From the human T2T-CHM13v2.0 reference genome, Homo sapiens: a stretch of DNA of 64,000 nt. The stretch lies in the NCBI RefSeq assembly GCF_009914755.1, contig NC_060942.1; one strand, given 5' to 3'. The notes under the pieces were generated by a model. It searched no databases, had not been told where the DNA came from, and worked only from the letters and a program-made list of their open reading frames with translations. Of the stretch, positions 50,001-64,000 are shown one piece after another (the first letter of the stretch is position 1; the number at the start of each line of letters is the position of its first letter). A program made the position numbers and the translations under genes.

Positions 50001-53000
50001 CCCCTTCGTCTGCCACAAAGAGCTGGCGTTAGGGATTTGGAGGTAAATCCAGGCTTCTGGAGCAGCCAGCATTGCTAGTATAGTTAATGATCTTGTCAAC
50101 ATTTCCATTAAGAGCCCCATTTCCAGAAGCTTAGAATTGCATCTCCCCCAAACCCACGGCTCAGATGAAGTCCTGTGGTCACTGAGGGGCCGCTCTCCTT
50201 CCCACAAAAACAGAACAGATCACTCGCTATTCATTACAAAAGCCATGGAAGCACTGGGTTTTCACTTTGACTCCGTCTACATCTTACACTACAATAGTTA
50301 AAGCTAAAGTTGCGCATAACTCAGAAACACTGAAAACCTAGGGAACACCAGAGAAAATGAAAACTCATCAATTTCTATCTTTAAAACAAATATGGAAAAT
50401 CAGAAGGCCTTCGATGAACTGCAGCAAGAACCCAATTTAGAAGTGGCTTAAAGATTTTACGGAGCCTAAACTCAAAACTGTGGAAACTGTTAACTAATTC
50501 AGTGTCTTAATATAAAATTTCTTAAAATTTTTCTTAGAAATGATCAGCAGTGAAAACAAAACAATGGTGCAGAAACTCGTATTTTTTAACTGGGTGACAC
50601 TTCCTAGTCATTACTAAACATGCTTTTTCGAAATTTCTATGAGTTATCATAAAATATATTTTAACTGAAATTTGTTTCTACAAATAAGCTGTATATACTA
50701 TGCCATGTAAACCAGCAGCAAAGAACAATGTTCGCCTCCCAAACACACAGTCCTATTTTCCAACCACTTGATTAAAACCAACATTTCTCTCCCAGTATAA
50801 GAATACAGATTGCAATTAATACCTATCTGACATTCTCTTGTCCCTCTGTGCTTTTTGTGAAAGACCCTAGAAGTCCCCACCATCAAATGAAAGAAAGAAC
50901 TGTGCCCAAGAATACAAAGAGAGATAATTGTATGCAGTAAGCCATAAGGCATTCTGTTAAACATTACCTTCCGATGTAGTGCTGTTTAGCACAGAAGTCA
51001 GCGCCCAAAAAAATCCCTTCATTAAGAGCTCATAGAGGAAAAACAAACACGTCAATAATCAATTTTACCAAATTCTAAGCAATTGCTTACGCATTTTTTG
51101 TTAAAAGAAAAAAACAGATACGCTGAAACTAAGAAGATTTTGATAGGATAGCTGAAAGGCGTATTGTGCAAGGAATTACTTAAGATTTTGTTTATCATTG
51201 TACAAACACCAATCAATACTTTAAGATGATCAAAATTACAAAAGGACAAATCTTTCCCAAATGCTTTACTATATATAGCACATGTACTATAACCAGTTTA
51301 AATTTTCCAGCTCCATTACTGCCAATAACGACTGTAACATGACCTAGTTTATCACTAACATACACAGCACCTTTGAAAGCAGTTGGCTATTTCAGCTGCT
51401 TAAGGAGAGTGATCTATCAGAGAATGTTTACAAAGAGCAATTCCTGACAAAAACATGATGTCACATTTCCATAGGATTTACCCTGCACTGCCTGTCTAAA
51501 AATATTTTTTCAAACACACTTAATGACACATTACTGCAAGTTCCAGGCTTTGAAGATAAAAGAAGATCTATTCTTTCCTTGCAGGAAACAAAAAAGGATA
51601 AACAAGCAAAATTCCACTACAACTCCCTGTAACAATGTTGTTACATTATTCAGCTACAAAAGTTAAGAAAACTTTGCACCTGAAGTGATCATAAACAACC
51701 TTGCAGAAATGAGGGTGGGCACATTTTTCTAAGCCAAAACATCTTGCCCAGCAACAGCTTCTGGTAAAAATAAATTTAAAACGTAACAAGGCATAATGTT
51801 TAACTTCAGAATTGCCAACCCCCGCCCCATCCCCTTGGTCCCCAAAGAGGACAGTTATCTACCCTTTATCCCAGCCTGGGTTATATGGGAATAAACTGTC
51901 ACACTTTAATGGGGGAAAGCTGTCCTAAGTCAAGCAGAAAGACAAACAGCAGTCACACAGTTGCTTTGCGAACATTTTCCAAGAACTCGAAGACCATGAC
52001 ACTAATTCAGTGACTACATCTGGATAGTCCGTTTGGTCACAGAAGGTCCATGTTTGAAATTAAGGTCAGAACAGTCACGGGTTTACGCAGTGGAAGAATG
52101 CATTCATTCTACAACCACGGTCATTTTTCCTCTCTCTTTTCCTGCAACTTCTCTCCTACCCCAACCTGGAGGCACACAGCAACACACACAACCCTAGACT
52201 CCTTTTCTCTGATTTGTCCAATGCAAATGTTGTGAACAGTTGTGCAAGGCACTGCTCAGGGACAGATGGAGGCTGGAAAGGATAACTGCCGGCACAGGTG
52301 GGGGACTTCAAGGACTCAGGCCCACCTAGGCCTCCCTGCTCCCATTCAGCAGGGTGTAAGCACAGCCAAGGGCAGACAGGAGAGCCAGGAGAAGCCCCTG
52401 GCAGCCCAGGCTTGTGTTTCCAGATACTATCACATCTGATTCAAGAAAATTACATTCACCTTCATGAAAACAAACCACAGAAACAAGTACCTGGTGAAAG
52501 AAGAGACTACTTATAAACTTACTCTCAACAGGCACGTGAGATGCGCCAATGCAAGTCTGTGTCACAAAGAGTCTGCACTTACACACGTGACACGCTACAC
52601 AGAGCTCTCCATGCACAAACCTCTGTGGGAGAGAAAGAAAATGAGCATGTGTGTGCAGCTTGCCCACCGAACCAAGGTACTGAAAAATGACTCCAAAGTG
52701 TGCTTCCACCTCGATTATCTAAATGAGCTGCTATTCCATTATTCTTTAATAAACACAATTGACAGCCAGAGAGACCATTGTTACCTCCCTGTTCCCCTCC
52801 CAGAGACTGGGCTCGGCATCCTCAAACAGTCAGGTATCGTCTGTAACTCAAGGAGGATGGTAGGACCCATCAATAATGAGATGCCACCAAACTCACTCCT
52901 TCCTTTGTCACTCCAGATAAAGACAGCATCAGTGCTCGCCCCTCTTCTCAGGAGCCCTGGCGAACGTGAAACAATAGATGCTCACTTTAGCTCACGCTCC

Positions 53001-54254
53001 TGGCCTGACTTCTTTGGCAGCTTAAACTGCTCAAGCAGAACCTTTTTCTGCCTTGCTAACTCTGGGGCGATGAGCAGTAGTGCCTATTCAGGGACCTTGC
53101 TGCAAAACAAAATCTGGATGACTAAGAATTGGAGGCAAGAGAGATAAGCACGCTGGAGACCTTGCTCAACTAAAGGCCCCAAAATCTTGCTTCCATTTTA
53201 TCCATCAATAACTAAGGAGACTGTCATCCACTTAGCTGGTGTTAAGTCACATAAACTAGTGTGTTAAAAGTCGGCTCAGGGATTAGCCTATCCCGGCCAG
53301 CCTTCTGGGACCCACAGCTTCAAGCTAAGGAGTCCACCCAAGTCCAGAGCATCAGGACGCCCTCAATGTGCTTTGTAACTTTAGCCTGCCATCCACAGCC
53401 CAGGCTTCCTCCCGGGAATGTGTGTGTGGCTCATCCTCACTGGGCCACACAGTCAACCCCGACGGTCAGAATGAAGGCGCAGGTCGAGACTCTGCTGCTG
53501 CATCTTTATCTGGGTAACGTAACTCAGAAGGCAAAACTCACTGATTCACATGGGGGCTGGGGGGTGGGGGGGGCCAGTGGCTCCATCCTAAACACAAATA
53601 CTTTCTCAGCTTTACACTTAAAATCCTTTTTCCAAGCTATTCATGCAAACATATAATACTGCTTTCAATTTCTTGTTTTACGTTTACTCTGAGTTTTGTT
53701 GTTTTCCAAAATCACTTTGCTGCATTAAATATGCATCTGTTATATTGTGCTGTGAGGCTGGGTAAATCACGCACAGGTACCACCTGTTTTATCTGCAACA
53801 GTGGAAGCCACAGAAAGGGAAGACCACAGGCTTCAGATTTGTCATCAGGCTAAATTAAGCTGACAGCACAGGAGAAGGGTTATGCAGCCTGCCAGTAAGA
53901 CAACACGCAGTGAACAAAAAGACATTCCCTTTTAAGCGTGTGTAGGTATATGTTTATTACACCACATGTATGTGGCAAAGAAAATGATCTACAAATGCTC
54001 CTTGCATGTAAGATTCCTTTCTGGAAAGTTCTCAACAAGGAGCTTCAGGATTTATAAACAATTTTAAGCTTTCTCTCCTTCTTAAACTGAACATATCTCC
54101 ACTTTTGATAAGCAGAGCCATATTTGTTTTCTTTGAGAAGGGCAGTTATCTCAAACTAGTTCTTAAATCCCTTAAGGGAAACTACGTTAACTAAATAAGA
54201 AATCTTCCAAAACTAAATCCAAATGCAAAATCATGCTTTAAAGAGGGATGTGGG

Positions 54255-54542
<288 letters not shown>

Positions 54543-55405
54543 AAAGAGTGATATGGGGGCAACTCCCACCACTGACTTGGGTCTCAGGGACAGAAGGGTG
54601 CCAGAAATAATCAACATTTTTTTAAACCCAAGGAGGTTCCCTTTGTAAGAACATGTCGATCCAGTCTTGGAATCTAGCAGGAAAATTCCTTTCCATGCCA
54701 CTCTCTGAAAGACAGCTCACTAGGACACAAATGGAAAATACTCTTTTACTTCTGCAGAGATAAGCTTCTTCTCACCTTCAAGGCCCAATGTACTTTGCAG
54801 CTACTTATTTGCAATGATATCCACCTCGGCTGGATACGTTTGCCTCACACATCAGGCGCACCATGGTTTTAAATACGCAGAGGGCCATTTTTCTCCTGAC
54901 ACTTCAATGCCATCATTTACTTAGCTAATAAGTGCCACGGTAGGTCCTCAGTTAACATCATCTATAGCTTCTTGGAAACTGTAACTTGATGCGAAATGAC
55001 AAACAGAAATCCTTGATAAAGTCTTTTTGTTTTAAAGCTGATGTGGAAAGGAAACATGAGTTTCATTTTACGTCCTTTCACTTAAAGTTGCAGTTTCCAA
55101 AACCCTACAGACAGCACTGTGGACCCGCAGTGCATGGAGCTCCAATTCCTGACGGGCCCAAGTCCTCACAAAAAGGTGCTTTGCAAGGAAAATTATGAAA
55201 AAGAAAACGTCAGTGGGGTGGAGTTAAAAGGTTCCTATTTTCAAATACTCTTGCGCTTCTCTCCCAAGCAAGCATCCTGCACAAGGCTCGCTCTCCCTCC
55301 CAACACAGATGTTTCGGGGGGCATTTTCTAGACAGGTACGAAGGGAATCCCGTCCCTGAGAGGACCAAGGGCACAGGAGTAGTGCTCGGGACCCTCAGGA
55401 CGGGG

Positions 55406-55705
55406 CATGCACTGTGGGCAACGCCAGGCCTCACCGTCGTGCGTGTGCGTGCCTCACCGTCGTGCGTGTGCGTGCCTCACCGTGTGTGCGTGCCTCACCG
55501 TCGTGTGTGCGTGCCTCACCGTCGTGCGTGTGCATGCCTGTAGGCAATGCCAGGCCTCACCGTCGTGCGTGTGTGTGCCTCGTGTGCGTGCCTCACCGTC
55601 GTGCGTGTGCGTGCCTCACCGTCGTGCGTGTGCGTGCCTCACCGTTGTGTGTGTGCATGCCTGTAGGCAATGCCAGGCCTCACCGTCGTGTGTGTGCGTG
55701 CCTGT
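55406..55705. repeat. CpG-rich VNTR, 23-bp unit CCTCACCGTCGTGCGTGTGCGTG within a ~125-bp higher-order repeat
   Basis: About 11 units; spacer catgcctgtaggcaatgccagg recurs near 55406, 55533 and 55656. Confidence 0.93.
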
Positions 55706-57711
55706 GTGTAAAGGTTAGAGTGTGTGACAGTGAGTGTGGAAGCAGCTGGGTGAACATGAGAGAGACTGAGTGTCATGTGTGAGCATGTGCTAGTGTGCCC
55801 GAGGGTGTGTGTGTGTGTCTGAGAGAGCACATGTGTGTGATCTCTTAACCTACATAAAAGCACTCATTCAAATACCCTACCTGGAGGCAAACACGCATGT
55901 CCACTTCCAACAATCTACCAGCAACACTCGTGCCCATGTGCCTGGATTACCAGCTTCGCACAGAGCCAGACGCTGCAGCAGTAACGGGGCGCCGGGCCCA
56001 CCTGCTGCCCCTCTCCTGTGCATAGGGCGCTCTCTCCCTGCCCCGAGCTTCGGCTTCTCCTCCATGCACGGTCACTGCTGGAGGCACACTGGACCCAGTG
56101 CCAGCTCGGGAAATCCTGGGCCGGTGACAGCCCTGACCCGTGGCCACCATCCACTCAACATCATTGAGCCCTCCCACAGGCACCCAAGCTCTCTGAGGAC
56201 AGCCGTCCTAGCTTCCTTCGTGGGAGAAAACTCTGGCCCTCCACTGCCGGCCAGGGAGGCCTCGCGTGCCAAGCTGGCCCTGAGCTCAGCCCAGGATTTG
56301 TGCCATTCAGGACGTGGCGGCCGTGTGCACCCCATCGGGCACCGCGTCGCCTCCCTCGGAATGTATTCCAGCACTGTCTGCCATGATGCCAACAGCAACA
56401 CTTCTCAACACCAAGCCTTTAAATGTCCAGCAGCTCCACAGCCCGAGTCAGAGTGGCCCAGCCTCCCCTGGACCTGATGCGGGGCTTCAGGAAGTGGCAG
56501 GGCAGGAGGTAGAACCGGAAGCCTCACGCTACACCAGGCACTGCTCCTGGAGCACAGTGGGTATCCCATCACAACGCGGGAGGATTCAGGGCCAACTGCA
56601 GGCCCCCGGAGACGAGGTTAGACGGTGGCAGGCAGGCTAAGAACAGGCGATCCGGCAGGCACAAGAAGGAACATACTGATGATAAGGAAACGCCGGGTGG
56701 GGTCTTTACGTAGGCAGCCTCCTTGGCATCGGGCAGGTCTGTCTCACCAGTCCCAAATAATGAATCATGTCCACTGCACTAGAATGCAGTCTTTTAACCA
56801 CTATCAACATACGCCAAGGAATGCTTCCACTAACAAATGGGAAGAATGCCCAGAAAACACCGCACTGCATTTCTGGACCAGGACTCGTTCTGTTGGAATG
56901 TGCCTACCAAACACAGCAAGGGGCGACACTCACCCGAAGGTTGAAACATGCGGAACTCCGATGACTCCTAGTGCTGTTAGCAATCATAAATCCTCATCCT
57001 GGCACAGAGCACAGGAGGCACCTCTGCCTGCACTCACCGTCCAGGGCCCTCCTCCGTCTCTGCGATGCCACCCTCATTTCACAGACGAGGACGCTGAGGG
57101 TCAAAGCTGTGAGCCACATCCCTCGACAAGGCTGTGAGCCCATTCCCTGTCTTCCTGCCTCCCTGTTACCACCTTCCAGGCCCCCGCTCTCTGGTGCCTG
57201 GAATGAGCATTCTGGAGTTGTCAGAACATTCCTTGACCTTCCAATAAAAGGGGTACAATCTAAATACAAAGTAACATCCGGGGCTACAAAAGCGACCACT
57301 GTGGCCATCACCTATGAACCTCTAAGACCCCAAATCAACACAAAGCAAGAGGCCACACCATCCTGAGCAGCTGGCAAGTCGGCCACTGACCAGTAAAAAA
57401 ACTGGGAGGAAGGTGGCTGATCGATCCTGTTTTCCTCCCTTTTTCAACGAGCCCAGTTGCTCATGAAAGACAAGTAGACAGCTCTACTCTGCTTCTGTTC
57501 AGGGCTAGAGAGGTTCTGGAATTGTGCAAGTCATGTCAGAGCACACCCCGAGAGAGAGATCACTTGCAAAAAGCTACAGTGAAAATAAGAATCAAAACTC
57601 CCAAACCGGAGAAGCCATGCCACATGATCGCCTCGCTTGTTCATGGCGGGTAATTACTTAACCCTTTGTTTTTCCAGAAGTAATAGAAGGGCCTTTTTAA
57701 ACAACATACTG

Positions 57712-58283
<572 letters not shown>

Positions 58284-59836
58284 CTACACCACTTGAGAAG
58301 CCCTGGATCACCCTATTTAATGTGGCCTTTAGAGGAAATTTGGGGGTGGAAGGAGTCATTTGTCACCTATAACTTCTGCAATTGTCAGAAATTCATTTAT
58401 AGGACACAAACGTTTTGCAATCTTGCCATCCAAACGTAAAATCAGAAAACATACATCGGGTGCTTAAAATGGGCGCCTGGCACACAGTGGGCGCTTGACA
58501 AATTCAAGATCCCTTCCTCTTCAGGTCTCCATCCAAGATTCAGCAGTACCGAAAATATGCAGGGACCGCACGGGAACCAGCTTGAGGCTCGTCGCCAACA
58601 GGCGAGGGGCCCAGGTCTCATCAGATGGTCAACAGGTATCCCCCGAGTGCCCGCCATGGGCCGGACCAGCTAGCAGGCGAGAAACCCTGGGCAGCCTCAC
58701 CTGGATGGGAAGGGTGCGGCGTCCAGCCCTGCAGGCGTGTGGTATGTGGGGAAACCGCTCCGCCCTCCTCCTGTGACTCTGTGGGGATGATCTTGCCCAA
58801 GCCCGGATATCAAGCGTGCGGGCCCTGGCTCCCACCCTTCCCACATCCGGTTACCTTTTAAATTAATATGACATTTTGTATATTCTTCCAGCATCTACCT
58901 TTTTTTCAAAGTGTTTCTGCCACAGAAGCGTGTTTCCAGCCTCCGCCGATGAGCGCTGGTGACCATGCCCACGGGACACACTTCCACGCCAGAGGCCACC
59001 CCATCACAGTGGGGAGCGGGCAGGACTTGCACCAGCAGCTCCAGATTTGCAAAACTCAGAGACGGCTTTGTAGGAATCCCAAGAAAACCACTTCACTACT
59101 TTAATCAAATGATGACCCAATCGATTACTGAAGAACAACACAAGACAGTTCACACCACATCTTCCTGTTCCCACAAGGGACCTACAGTCCAACACAGGCA
59201 CTCCTCCAACGCCCCTTTAGTTTAGAAACATCGCCGTCAGGGCAGGTCTCAGCAGAGAGATTAGCGGTCCACCTCATTAAAGACCTGCCTGGTAACAACC
59301 GAAACCTGCCCCCGTGCGGACGCAGATGAAGCCTGCACCACACAATTCCATCACTGCGTTAGGCAGCTCTGCTCCGGCACCTCCCAGAAGAGAAGAGAGC
59401 TGTCTGCCCAAAAACATCGCCCAACTGTAATAAGCTGTGCAAACTTGGGCAAGAAAAGAAAGTGGGTCTTACTCATATGCAAGCTAATATCCTCGAGCCA
59501 ATAGTTTTCCAGATCATAAAAAGGAATGGACCCCCCACCCCAGGAGCACCAAGTTCTACGATCAGCTTACACTGGCTGTTTTTCAGCAGAAAACCTCATT
59601 CACACTGTGATCCCTATGTCCTCATCAAAGTAGCCCACAGAGGCGGCTTCCCAGTTATGTGCTCTGGTTTAATTATTTTTCTTCTATTTACCATCATTTT
59701 ACATTTTTCTAGCTATGCCAAGAAAAGCGACCCTACACCATAAAGTAATAACTGTTGTTTTAAGCTTGATTGAAATTCCAGGTTTGTGAAACAGAAGTCA
59801 GACGGATTGACAGGAAGGTGATCCAACTGCACCTAC

Positions 59837-59950
59837 CTGGGCTTTCCTGGGAATGTGGAAATGCAATGACAACGCTCCCAGTTGGATGCTGGTACTCTCA
59901 GCTAAAAGTGTTCAGAGAAGGACCGAACTCCACTCGGCCTCTCTCAGATT
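59837..59950 (-). other. ZNF516: Non-coding 5'UTR exon of ZNF516 (114 nt, probably exon 2)
   Basis: Minus strand: branch-like TACTAAAC + TTTTCCTCATTTCAG|AATCTG acceptor and CCAG|GTAGGT donor; no ATG inside; size and ~20 kb spacing agree with my recollection of the gene structure. Confidence 0.75.
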
Positions 59951-60850
59951 CTGAAATGAGGAAAAGTTTAGTATTCATCTAATTATGTTTTTAAGAACCA
60001 TTTGCCACTGCTTCTCTTTAAGAAAAATTAAAACAATGCCCAAGGACGTTTTGGGGCTACCGTAGGTATTTTCAGAATGAATTAAATCACCCCAAGTGGG
60101 GCTGCTGGGAAAATCCCACACAGTGTGGTTTCTAATAGGACTTCCCACATCTGTGAGGGGCAGCCAGGAGCAGGAGAAGCATTCAACAGTCACAGCACAA
60201 ACGCAGCAGCGAAGGTAACCAGGACGCCGCCTAACTGTAGCAGCGGAACAATCTGCATTTAGTTGTCAATCCAGCCTATCAAAATGTCACCAGGGAACAC
60301 CTGCTATGCATATGCCCTGAGCTCCTGGCATGGACTGCGCTTGGTGTGCGCATCACACTGCCGACCGCCAGAAATGCCAGGCCCCTGGGTGGCTCTCGCT
60401 CTTCTTGGGGATGGGTCTGTGGGGCGCCACCTACTCACCTCCTCCGCAGCATCTGCGTTTACAAAACACACTAGGGTACTAGGGAGCCAGTCTGTGACCG
60501 CAACGCAGACGTGCCCACTGAAATCGGTGTCCCACTTATACCTGGGACCACGGAATCCCCAGATGTTTCAGGGTGTGGCACAGCTCTCACTAGACTTGAA
60601 AGTCATTCCAAAGCGATTTGACAGCAAGCTTTAAAACAGACACTAGCAAAGTATTCATAATAAACTATTCCCACTGCCTGAGCAATAAGCAGTGCTCGAA
60701 AGCTTATGTTCTCAGTCCTGAACTACACACACTTTTCAAAAGGAAAAAAGACAGAAGAAGATCCACCGAAACAAGATCTCCCCATCACTTCCCGTTCTTT
60801 ACGGCACCACGCCATGTTTCTCCATCTACAGTCTCAGAAGTGGGACTCAA

Positions 60851-61198
<348 letters not shown>

Positions 61199-61349
61199 TC
61201 ACACATAGCTTGGCATGACTGGGGCCTTTGCTGTCTCAAGCTGGCATTCAGAAATCTCAGAACCATCACTGGGAAACCCCAAGAGTCATGGAGACAAAGG
61301 TGCAGAGCCCCCAGACCTATGTGGAAAGGCAGGGTGATGCGCAGTGATA

Positions 61350-61592
61350 GGGGACAGTGGCTCCTGGACTTGCAGGGCCTCCCTGGCACCCCCAGCCTGG
61401 CCATTTCAGATGGGGACAGTGGCCTCCTGGACTTGCAGGGCCTCTCTGGCACCCCCAGCCTTGTCATTTCAGACGGGGACAGTGGCCTCCTGGACTTGCA
61501 AGGCCTCCCTGGCACCCCCAGCCTGGCCATTTCAGATGGGGACAGTGGCCTCCTGGACTTGCAGGGCCTCTCTGGCACCCCAGCCTGGCCAT
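61350..61592. repeat. 63-bp tandem repeat, ~3.9 copies
   Basis: ggggacagtgg at 61350, 61412, 61475 and 61538. Confidence 0.95.
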
Positions 61593-62479
61593 CTCACTTA
61601 TGGAAAGGTTAAAAAGTCTCCTTTTTTTCATGATTTAGTCAAGGCATCTTTTGAAGGGTGGGGGATGTATCATGGGAGCCTTACGCAGTTGGAGGAGCCC
61701 AAGTGGGAATGGATGCTAGAGCCCCAGTATCTTTAGTGATGCGGAGAAACTACTGGAATGCGACCCCAGGGATACAGCCGTGCATCCGATGAGGGCAGCT
61801 GCACCCTCCTCACCTTCAGGCAACCTCGAGGGGAGCCGCCAGAGGAGAGAGGCTCCAGAGGTGCCAGGGCCCAGGGCTCGCCACGCAGCTCAAGGCTGGC
61901 ATGCATCGTACACCAAAATGGCGTGGTCATCCACACTATCTGCTGGACATCGTGTCTTCAACATGTGTCAGTTTTTTAAACTAAGCACAAGCTATTTTCT
62001 GGCTTAGTTTCCCCTCTTCGACAGGCCACAGGGGTTGAGACCAAGGTTTCGGGTTATGCACATCCAGAGATGCTTTCCTGCCCCTGGACACCAGCTTCAG
62101 ATTTGGCAGTTACAGGTGGAACAGGGCAGAAGAAACAGAAAAGATCTTACTCTTCGACAGCAGAAGAGGAGAGATTCTCTAGTCAAGGAAACTCAAAGGA
62201 GAAAGAGGCCTTTTTAAAAATCTATTTCCTTTGGGCCAAGGGGGCCAATCTGTGTCTGAGAAAGGCTGACCCTGCGGCGTCCTTGGACAGCACACGGGAG
62301 AAATGCTCCAGGATGGAGGGACAGACAGGGAAGAAACTTTATACCTTTACTTTCAGATGTATTAACCAGTAACAGACAAAGGCAGGGCTGGAAAGAGGCG
62401 AAAATACGAGTAAATGTTTACAAGACCAACCCCTGATGTGCTGCGATGAGAAGGGCCTCTCCCTGCGGGAGAAGGTTAT

Positions 62480-62770
62480 CTTCCTCCCGGGAACGATAAC
62501 CCTGGGCTAAACCAATCAGAAAACACGCAAGAACCCAAACTGAGGGCACAGAAGTCCCTGCACCAGGACGTCACCAGGACCTGGAGCTTATGGGTTCCAC
62601 AAAACACCCGGCCAGTCCTCCTCAGAAGTGTGATGGTCACGAAAACAGAGATGGACCAAGGAGCCATCAGGGACCAGCAGGGACTTGGGAGAAGGACCCG
62701 AGCGCAGCACAGGCTCCCAGATGGGCTCCTGGGACAGCAAAGGCGAAATCCCAGGAACAGCTAGACTGCG
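62480..62770 (+). mobile_element. Diverged L1MC-type 3'UTR fragment
   Basis: aacccaaactgagggca..ttccacaaaacacccggccagtcctcctcagaagtgtgatggtcacgaaaac resembles the recalled L1MC4/5 consensus; boundaries approximate. Confidence 0.55.
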
Positions 62771-63893
62771 CCCAAACCCTTCTGTTCAACACACTTCCCA
62801 GTTCAAACTTCTGCTGGGCAAAGACACACCATTTTCAATTTAAAGAGGCCCCAAGCAGTCCTCTCGATGCATTTTCTGATGATCAACTGTTTCTTCCCCC
62901 TACTTCTAATGTCCCTGGGTGACGGTCTAAGCCATACTGGAAACCATCACGTTCCCTTAGGAGTGACGTTAATTCAGGCTCCGGGAGAGATTTGATTTAC
63001 GACACTAATTACTGGGTTTACTCCTAGGGTGCTTCTCACAGACGGACTCCATCCCACCCGGGCGGCCACCTCGCTCTCCACTGCTCCAGGCAGGCAGGGG
63101 CACAGGGAGGGCTCTTGCAACAGAGACTCCGTTCCCTTGGGAGTCTCAGGACCTCCTGCCCCTTGAGAACAGCATTCAGGTCTCTCTGTCAGTTCCCCAC
63201 TCCCATAATGGTGCACCCATGCTGCCACGTGGACGGGATGCTGGCACGGAGGCCGACGCTCTGCACGCTCACCAGGCTACCAGCATCTGTGAGGCCCACA
63301 AGGACCAAGCCAGGTGGGATGGCGGGGACACCAAAGAGGCTACTTGGCTGGCACGGCCGGACCCAAGTGCTCTATGCAGGTGCCGGGGCCGCGCATCTCC
63401 AGGAGATCTAGTCAAGGAGAAAGGCACTCTGTGGACAGGCTCTCTAGACAGCGTGGCACACAGGACGCAGTGGTGCCTGCCTGCCAAGCCTGGGATGGGT
63501 GTGAGGCAAGACACCCAGTGGGGACACGTGCCTACAGTGGGGGCTGGAAAAGTAGAGAAGGGACCCTGGACATGCACAGGGGCCACGAGGGCCATCCCTG
63601 CTGGGACACGCACAGCTGATGCAACAGGAGACAGGATGACACAGAAGTCCCTCCACCAGGGTATCACCAGGACCTGGAGTCTATGGTGGTGATGCCACGG
63701 GCGGTGAACGTGGGGAGCAAACATGGGAAGGGATGCCCTGGGGCAGGACCCTGGTTCTGCAGCCTCACAGGGAAGGACCACCCAGAGGTGCAGGCAAAGG
63801 GCCCTGGGAGGCAGGGGGGCCCCAGAGAGGCAAAACCCAGGAGACGCTGGCCTCTGGGAAGTAAAATCAGGCAGAGGCAGCCGTGGCCTCGCT

Positions 63894-64000
63894 GAACCTG
63901 CAGCTGACAGCCCCTCTGGGCTGGCAGGAAGTCCTGCGTGTCTCTCGGAACCTGCAGCTCACAGCCCCTCTGGGTTGGCAGGAAGTCCTGCGTGTCTCTC
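63894..64000. repeat. 54-bp tandem repeat running off the window end
   Basis: gaacctgcagct(g/c)acagcccctctggg(c/t)tggcaggaagtcctgcgtgtctctc at 63894 and 63948. Confidence 0.9.

Noticed and set aside
52464-53147. 227-aa plus-strand ORF
   Set aside because: No recognisable domain or codon bias, intronic and antisense; probably chance.

Overview
Primate (very likely human) genomic DNA from inside the ZNF516 gene (chr18q23 by recall), transcribed on the minus strand. The window holds a 114-bp non-coding 5'UTR exon (59950-59837) and a 1967-bp first coding exon (40021-38055; ATG at 39864; 603 codons plus 1 nt; eight C2H2 zinc fingers; intragenic CpG island). The rest is intron, containing about ten Alus, two THE1B-like LTRs and one MST LTR, MER2/MER53/Tigger3 DNA-transposon relics, old L1/L2/MIR fragments and many minisatellites typical of subtelomeric DNA. 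Almost all other ORFs in the track are spurious. There is no prokaryotic-type system. The most interesting leads are all hypotheses: (i) back-splicing of the AUG-containing exon would give an ORF encoding a 633-aa zinc-finger protein with a unique 30-aa tail that ends at a uORF stop; (ii) two tiny uORFs lie ahead of a weak-context start codon; (iii) a ~50-unit VNTR is both an array of CAGGTG E-boxes and an array of cryptic 3' splice sites; (iv) a CpG-rich VNTR carries 14 XRE-consensus motifs; (v) several templated-insertion scars sit inside old repeats.
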